A stretch of DNA of 64,000 nucleotides from an uncultured Actinomycetes bacterium. GTDB taxonomy: Bacteria; Actinomycetota; Coriobacteriia; Anaerosomatales; PHET01. The notes below the pieces were generated by a model, which had not been told where the DNA came from, ran no database searches, and was given only the letters and a program-made list of their open reading frames with translations. Where the stretch lies: NCBI GenBank assembly GCA_947085035.1, contig CAMTUW010000018.1, positions 53,660-117,659 of the forward strand, read 5' to 3'. Shown here piece by piece: positions 59,699-64,000 of the stretch. A program made the position numbers and the translations under genes. The first letter of the stretch is position 1; the number at the start of each line of letters is the position of its first letter.

Positions 59699-59700
59699 GC

Positions 59701-60651
59701 TCAGCCGCCTGAAGGGTACGTCGCGAGCTTGTTGATGACCTCGACAGCCTCAGAGACGATCGCGTCGATGATGTCTTGGGCCGGCTCGATGCGAGACACG
59801 AGCGCGGCTGCCTGGCCAGCCATGAGTGAGCCCATCACCGTGTCACCGTGTCGCATCGCCAAGGCGAGTTTGCCAGCGCCGAGGGCCTCGATCTCTTCGG
59901 GTAGATTCGCACGATCGAGTGCCATGATCTGTCTGGCGAGTGTGTTCTTGATGACGCGAACCGGATGTCCGGTCGAGCGTCCAGTGACGACAGTGTCACG
60001 GTCCTTCGCGCGGATGACCTGCTGTTTGACCGAGGGGTGGATAGTGCACTCGGTGGCGCACATGAAGCGGGTGCCCACCTGTACGCCCGCCGCGCCCAGC
60101 GCGAAGGCGGCGACCAGTCCACGCCCGTCAGCGATACCACCAGCGGCAACGACAGGAATGCTCACCGCGTCGACGAGCTGAGGTGTGAGCACGAAGGTGG
60201 TGAGATCGCCGATGTGGCCTCCGGCCTCCATACCCTCGCCGATCACCGCGTCTGCTCCGATGGACTCCATGCGCCTGGCAAGAGCGGTCGACGGTACTAT
60301 CGGAAGAACCTTGATGCCGCGCTCCTTGAGTGCCGCCATGTACTTGCCAGGGTTACCGGCGCCAGTCGTGACCACCGGCACGTGTTCGTCCAAGACGAGC
60401 TGAACCAGTTCGTCCACATGAGGAGTGAGCAGCATCAGATTCACGCCGAACGGCTTGTCCGTGCTCGCTTTGGCCCTTCGGATCTCCTCGCGGAGGATAT
60501 CGGTCGGCATGTGGCCGGCGCCGATGACGCCAAGACCTCCCGCCGACGAGACCGCCGCGGCCAACTCGGCCGTCGCAGTCCACGCCATGCCACCTTGGAT
60601 TATCGGATGCTCGATGCCGAGCAGTCTGGTCAGTCGCGTGCTGAATGCCAT
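59701..60651 (-). CDS. fabK: Enoyl-ACP reductase II (canonical FabK type)
   Basis: ORF 59701-60711. Start MAFSTRLTRLLGIEHPIIQGGMAWTATAELAAAVSSAGGLGVIG at 60651 (overlaps the fabH stop). MEAGGHIG, GTRFMCATEC, GRSTGHPVRV. Confidence 0.85.
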   Translation of the reverse strand: MAFSTRLTRLLGIEHPIIQGGMAWTATAELAAAVSSAGGLGVIGAGHMPTDILREEIRRAKASTDKPFGVNLMLLTPHVDELVQLVLDEHVPVVTTGAGNPGKYMAALKERGIKVLPIVPSTALARRMESIGADAVIGEGMEAGGHIGDLTTFVLTPQLVDAVSIPVVAAGGIADGRGLVAAFALGAAGVQVGTRFMCATECTIHPSVKQQVIRAKDRDTVVTGRSTGHPVRVIKNTLARQIMALDRANLPEEIEALGAGKLALAMRHGDTVMGSLMAGQAAALVSRIEPAQDIIDAIVSEAVEVINKLATYPSGG

Positions 60652-61661
60652 CAGGTGGAATCCTTTCGTTCGAACACAGGCAAGGACCAGCGTACAACCG
60701 CTGCCCCCCACGTGAGTCCGGCGCCGAAACCGACGAGGGCGATGAGGTCGCCGGGTGAAAGCCGGCCGTCAGTATACAGGTCGTCCAAGGCCAGAGGTAT
60801 CGAGGCGGCAGACGTATTGCCGGTGTTCTCGACATTGCAGTAGACACGGTCATCCTTGATGCCGAGGCGCTCTTCGATCGTCGATATGATCCGTCGGTTC
60901 GCTTGGTGAGGAATCAGCCACGCGAGGTCGTCGACCGTGTGGCCGGATGCCTCAAGCGCCTGCAGAGTGGCTTTGGGAATCACCCGCACGGCGAACTTGA
61001 ACACCTCGGGCCCGTTCATGCGAATGAAATGCTCCCGAGCCGCAACGGTCTCAGCGGTGGCCGGACTGCTCGCTCCGCCAGCCGGGACGATGAGATGCTC
61101 AGCTCCGCCGCCATCAGCGCCGAGAACGATGGCCTCGACCCCGGGCTCTGTGCTGACGGACAAGACGACCGCACCGGCACCGTCACCGAAAAGCACGCAT
61201 GTGGTGCGGTCCTCGAAGTCGACGATCCTCGTCAACGCCTCAGCCCCTACGACGAGTACGTTATCCGCGCGTCCGGCCTCGATCATGCTGGCACCGTAGT
61301 GCAGCGCGTACACGAAGCTCGTGCACGCCGCCATGAGATCGACCGCAGGGCACGACAGGCCCAACTTCGCGGCGGTGATCGCTGCAGTTGAGGGCATGGG
61401 GTAGTCCGGGCTCGTCGTCCCTACCAGGAGCATGTCGACATCTTCGGCACCCAAGCCAGCGCGTTTCATCGCTATAGCCGCAGCTCGCGAAGCGAGGTCT
61501 GATGTCGAGTCGGCGGGATCGACCACCCGCCGTTCTCGGATACCGGTCCTCGTGACGATCCACTCGTCAGTCGTCTCGACAATGGACTCGAAGTCAGCGT
61601 TCGTCATCACCTTTTGAGGCAAGTACGACCCGACTCCGGAGATTTGAGCGTAACGTCTCAT
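60651..61661 (-). CDS. fabH: 3-oxoacyl-ACP synthase III
   Basis: 336 aa. AACTSFVYAL, IPHQANRRI, GNTSAASIPLAL. ATGA overlap with the plsX stop. Confidence 0.9.
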   Translation of the reverse strand: MRRYAQISGVGSYLPQKVMTNADFESIVETTDEWIVTRTGIRERRVVDPADSTSDLASRAAAIAMKRAGLGAEDVDMLLVGTTSPDYPMPSTAAITAAKLGLSCPAVDLMAACTSFVYALHYGASMIEAGRADNVLVVGAEALTRIVDFEDRTTCVLFGDGAGAVVLSVSTEPGVEAIVLGADGGGAEHLIVPAGGASSPATAETVAAREHFIRMNGPEVFKFAVRVIPKATLQALEASGHTVDDLAWLIPHQANRRIISTIEERLGIKDDRVYCNVENTGNTSAASIPLALDDLYTDGRLSPGDLIALVGFGAGLTWGAAVVRWSLPVFERKDST

Positions 61662-62656
61662 CCGAGCGACTCCTCGATTCTGGTGGTGAGTCCGGCGCGG
61701 ACCGCCTGAGCCGAAGTACGGATCGCACTTCGGACGGCGGCCGCGTTCGAGGATCCGTGGCCGATGATGCAGACTCCCTTGACGCCGAGCAACGGCGCGC
61801 CGCCGTACGCATCAGGATCGAGCCGTTGCTTGAGATCGACGAGCGCAGGCTTGAGAAGGGATGCTGCGGCGGAACGAAGCGGGGTCGAGGTCATCGCCTC
61901 TTTGATCTGGCTGAAGAGAACCTTGGTCGTTCCCTCAAGAAGTTTGAGCGCGACATTTCCGGTGAACCCGTCGGTGACGATGACGTCCACCGTTCCCGTA
62001 AGCACATCGCGGCCCTCGATGTTGCCGAGGAACCCCGGAAGTGCAGACGTCATCAACTGATGGGCGTCCTTCGCCAGCTGGGAACCCTTGGTCGGCTCCT
62101 CGCCTATGTTGAGCAGGGCGATTCGGGGGGCGGCGACGTCGAGGACGGCGGTTGCGTAGGCAGCACCCATTCGCGCGAACTGGAGCAGGTACTCAGGTTT
62201 GCAGTCAGCGTTGGCGCCCACGTCCAAGAAGACCACAGGCGATCCAGCAGTTGGCAACACCGTTGCGATCGCGGGGCGAATCACGCCCTTGATACGCCCG
62301 ACAATCAGAGTCGAGGCCGCCATCATCGCTCCCGTGGAGCCGGCTGAGAAGAACGCGTCGGCCTGTGCATCGCGGATCAGACGACTTCCCACGACTATCG
62401 AGGAGTCCTTCTTTGTCCGCACGGCGGTGGCGGGGTTCTCGTGCATGGTGATGACCTCTGAAGCGAGCACCTTGAGAACTCGGTCGTTATGCGAGCAGGT
62501 GAAAGACTCAACGATCTCACGCGGCCCGACGATGGCGACGCGAAGTCGCTGATCATCCTCCAGTGCGAGTGTTACTCCCGAAAGGATCTCAGAGGGTGCG
62601 AAATCGCCGCCAACGATGTCGACGGCGACTGTGGTCGGACGGCTCTCGGGTATCAA
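61658..62656 (-). CDS. plsX: Phosphate acyltransferase PlsX
   Basis: ORF 61658-62782 would overlap rpmF. No in-frame ATG before the conserved VAVDIVGGDFAP. A TTG at 62656 is preceded by GGAG at 8 nt, so the start is tentative. DGFTGNVALK motif. Confidence 0.85.
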   Translation of the reverse strand: MIPESRPTTVAVDIVGGDFAPSEILSGVTLALEDDQRLRVAIVGPREIVESFTCSHNDRVLKVLASEVITMHENPATAVRTKKDSSIVVGSRLIRDAQADAFFSAGSTGAMMAASTLIVGRIKGVIRPAIATVLPTAGSPVVFLDVGANADCKPEYLLQFARMGAAYATAVLDVAAPRIALLNIGEEPTKGSQLAKDAHQLMTSALPGFLGNIEGRDVLTGTVDVIVTDGFTGNVALKLLEGTTKVLFSQIKEAMTSTPLRSAAASLLKPALVDLKQRLDPDAYGGAPLLGVKGVCIIGHGSSNAAAVRSAIRTSAQAVRAGLTTRIEESLG

Positions 62657-62700
62657 CCGGGGCTCCGTATCGAAAGTGGGTTGAGTGCGGACGTCGACGT

Positions 62701-62877
62701 CTACTCGACGTCGACGATCTCCTTGCCGTTGTAGTAGCCACACGAACCGCAGACGCGGTGGGGCACCTTCGGCTCGCGGCACTGTGTGCAGACAGACACA
62801 GTGGGAACCTCGAGTTTATGGCTGGAGCGGCGTGAATTCGTACGGGATCGACCCGTCTTGCGCTTGGGAACTGCCAT
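62701..62877 (-). CDS. rpmF: 50S ribosomal protein L32
   Basis: ORF 62701-62904. ATG at 62877: MAVPKRKTGRSRTNSRRS...CTQCREPKVPHRVCGSCGYY. Confidence 0.9.
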   Translation of the reverse strand: MAVPKRKTGRSRTNSRRSSHKLEVPTVSVCTQCREPKVPHRVCGSCGYYNGKEIVDVE

Positions 62878-62947
62878 CGTTTGACTCTCTTCCGTTCGAT
62901 GCACCGGACTCGGCCGGCGCGCGTTCGCTACTCAGTCGACCCCTTGA

Positions 62948-62959
62948 CGACCCGGGTCG
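62948..62959. promoter_or_regulatory. 12-bp perfect palindrome CGACCCGGGTCG just downstream of the predicted rpmF/fab promoter
   Basis: Self-complementary sequence read directly. Its position, about +5 to +20 from the predicted start site, is operator-like. Confidence 0.3.
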
Positions 62960-62970
62960 CACGAGCGGTG

Positions 62971-62999
62971 ATGATACCACGCATGTGCCCGCGTGTGTA
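62971..62999 (-). promoter_or_regulatory. rpmF-plsX-fab operon promoter: -35-like TACACA, 17-nt spacer, extended -10 TGgTATCAT
   Basis: Read on the minus strand in the 140-nt yceD-rpmF gap. Confidence 0.45.
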
Positions 63000-63017
63000 G
63001 ACGCGGAAACGTATCCG

Positions 63018-63557
63018 CTACGCGGGAGCCTCCGGGTCGTGGGGCTCTATCAGGGAGCGGACTGCCGCGAACGGGTGCATGGGGTCGATGTCCGAAGAAC
63101 AACCGCACTCGGCCTCGTTCAAGTCGGTGCCGCAGCCGGAGCACAACCCGAGGCACGCATCGTCGTGCAGCGGGGCGAACGGAGCCTCAAGAACCAACGC
63201 CGCGTGGATGGCGGGAGCGAGATCGAGGTTCCCTTCCGGGTCGACCACTTCAGCGTCTTCACCCTCGAAAACGGGTTCGCTGGAGCGAAGAAACAAGGTA
63301 CCGATCTCGCCAGTCAGAGTGATTTCGAAATCGCACAGGCAGCGTACACAAGCGGTTGTCGCGTGAGCAACGACGTGTCCGCTCGCAACGATCCCCTCGC
63401 CGGCGTTGGTGATGATGACTTCGACCGCGACCGGTTGTCCGATGTCGAACACTTCGGAACCGACTTCAAGGCGTTCGATGTCGTAGTGCTTCGACACATC
63501 CAGTGATGCGCCGACCTCGCCGAGAATGGTTCTGACATTGACGATGAAAGGTTGCAT
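63018..63557 (-). CDS. yceD: YceD/DUF177 family protein (23S rRNA accumulation protein)
   Basis: 179 aa, upstream of rpmF as is usual for this family. CVRCLCDF...CSGCG, acidic. Confidence 0.8.
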   Translation of the reverse strand: MQPFIVNVRTILGEVGASLDVSKHYDIERLEVGSEVFDIGQPVAVEVIITNAGEGIVASGHVVAHATTACVRCLCDFEITLTGEIGTLFLRSSEPVFEGEDAEVVDPEGNLDLAPAIHAALVLEAPFAPLHDDACLGLCSGCGTDLNEAECGCSSDIDPMHPFAAVRSLIEPHDPEAPA

Positions 63558-63569
63558 GAAGAAGCTGCC

Positions 63570-64000
63570 TTACTGGCGCTGGGAGACCTTGCCTTGGAGG
63601 CGATCGCGTCCGCGCTGAACCGCAGTGAGAAGCTTGCCGAGATTCACTTCGAGGTTCGCAAGCATCTCATCAGCGTAGTCTTCGGCACCCAGTCGGATCT
63701 CGCGCTCCTGCAGACGCGCTTTGTCCATGATGTCGGCCGCCTGCTGTTCGGCCAACCGAACGATCTCTTGCTCGCTCGCGATGGACTGCGCACGCTCCTG
63801 AGCCTCTTCGAGGATGCGATTCGCCTCTTTCTCGGCGTCCTCGAGCATCTCCTGGCGCTCTTTCACGATCCAACGCGCCTGTTTCAGCTCATCGGGGAAC
63901 TGGGCGCGCACCTCATCGACAACGTCATAGATCGCGTTGGGATCTATCATCTTCTGACCGCCCGTGAGCGGGACGTTGCGTGACGCGTCCACAATCTCCT
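63570..64000 (-). CDS. Coiled-coil protein of the family often annotated 'ATPase / ATP synthase b- or V-ATPase H-like'. Probably 5'-truncated by the window end.
   Basis: The reading frame is open to position 64000 (…EIVDASRNVPLTGGQKMIDPNAIYDVVDEVRAQFPDELKQARWIVKERQEMLEDAEKEA…). The ORF-track start at 63992 is a GTG. Function unknown. Confidence 0.5.
   Translation of the reverse strand, partial: EIVDASRNVPLTGGQKMIDPNAIYDVVDEVRAQFPDELKQARWIVKERQEMLEDAEKEANRILEEAQERAQSIASEQEIVRLAEQQAADIMDKARLQEREIRLGAEDYADEMLANLEVNLGKLLTAVQRGRDRLQGKVSQRQ

Overview
High-GC (hand counts about 62-70% in most blocks) bacterial chromosome segment carrying about 65 tightly packed housekeeping genes. All but one are on the minus strand, and many junctions are stop/start overlaps (ATGA, GTGA, TGATG). 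I found no rRNA, tRNA, CRISPR array, transposase or prophage. Reading the minus strand from 64000 down to 1, the order is: yceD-rpmF-plsX-fabH-fabK-fabD-fabG-acpP-(second FabK-like)-fabF-rnc-smc-ftsY-lepB-ffh-rpsP-KH-rimM-trmD-lepB-rplS-rnhB-yraN-comM-dprA-trmFO-xerC-whiG-(REC/zinc-ribbon)-rpsB-tsf-pyrH-frr-uppS-cdsA-dxr-rseP-ispG-proS-rimP-nusA-ylxR-infB-rbfA-nrnA-truB-ribF-rpsO-pnp-(dac, plus strand)-M16 peptidase-dapB-ask-dapA-rnj-uppP-ftsK-rodZ-yajQ-rimO-pgsA-cinA-thpR-recA. From memory, this order is almost colinear with the Bacillus subtilis plsX...recA backbone. The sigma factor, however, is of the actinobacterial WhiG type, which fits a deep-branching high-GC Gram-positive lineage (inference). 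This is core genome, not an accessory island, and I see no convincing multi-gene novel system such as a defence island. The best candidate for something undescribed is a two-gene module at 37.6-39.0 kb. It pairs a WhiG/FliA-type sigma-28 gene with a downstream orphan receiver (REC) domain fused to a C4 zinc ribbon. The module sits where Bacillus carries its fla/che operon and is about 12-15 GC points below its flanks. Secondary oddities are a RibF with a ~125-aa C-terminal extension, a second divergent FabK-family gene with a CX2CX3CX4C motif in the fab operon, and a Cys3His tail on NusA. There are also two signal peptidase I genes embedded in the SRP/ribosomal operon, a cinA-thpR-recA arrangement with a perfect LexA (Cheo-type) box in the recA promoter, and several structured leaders. 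All function calls rest on motif recognition by eye. No database search was run.
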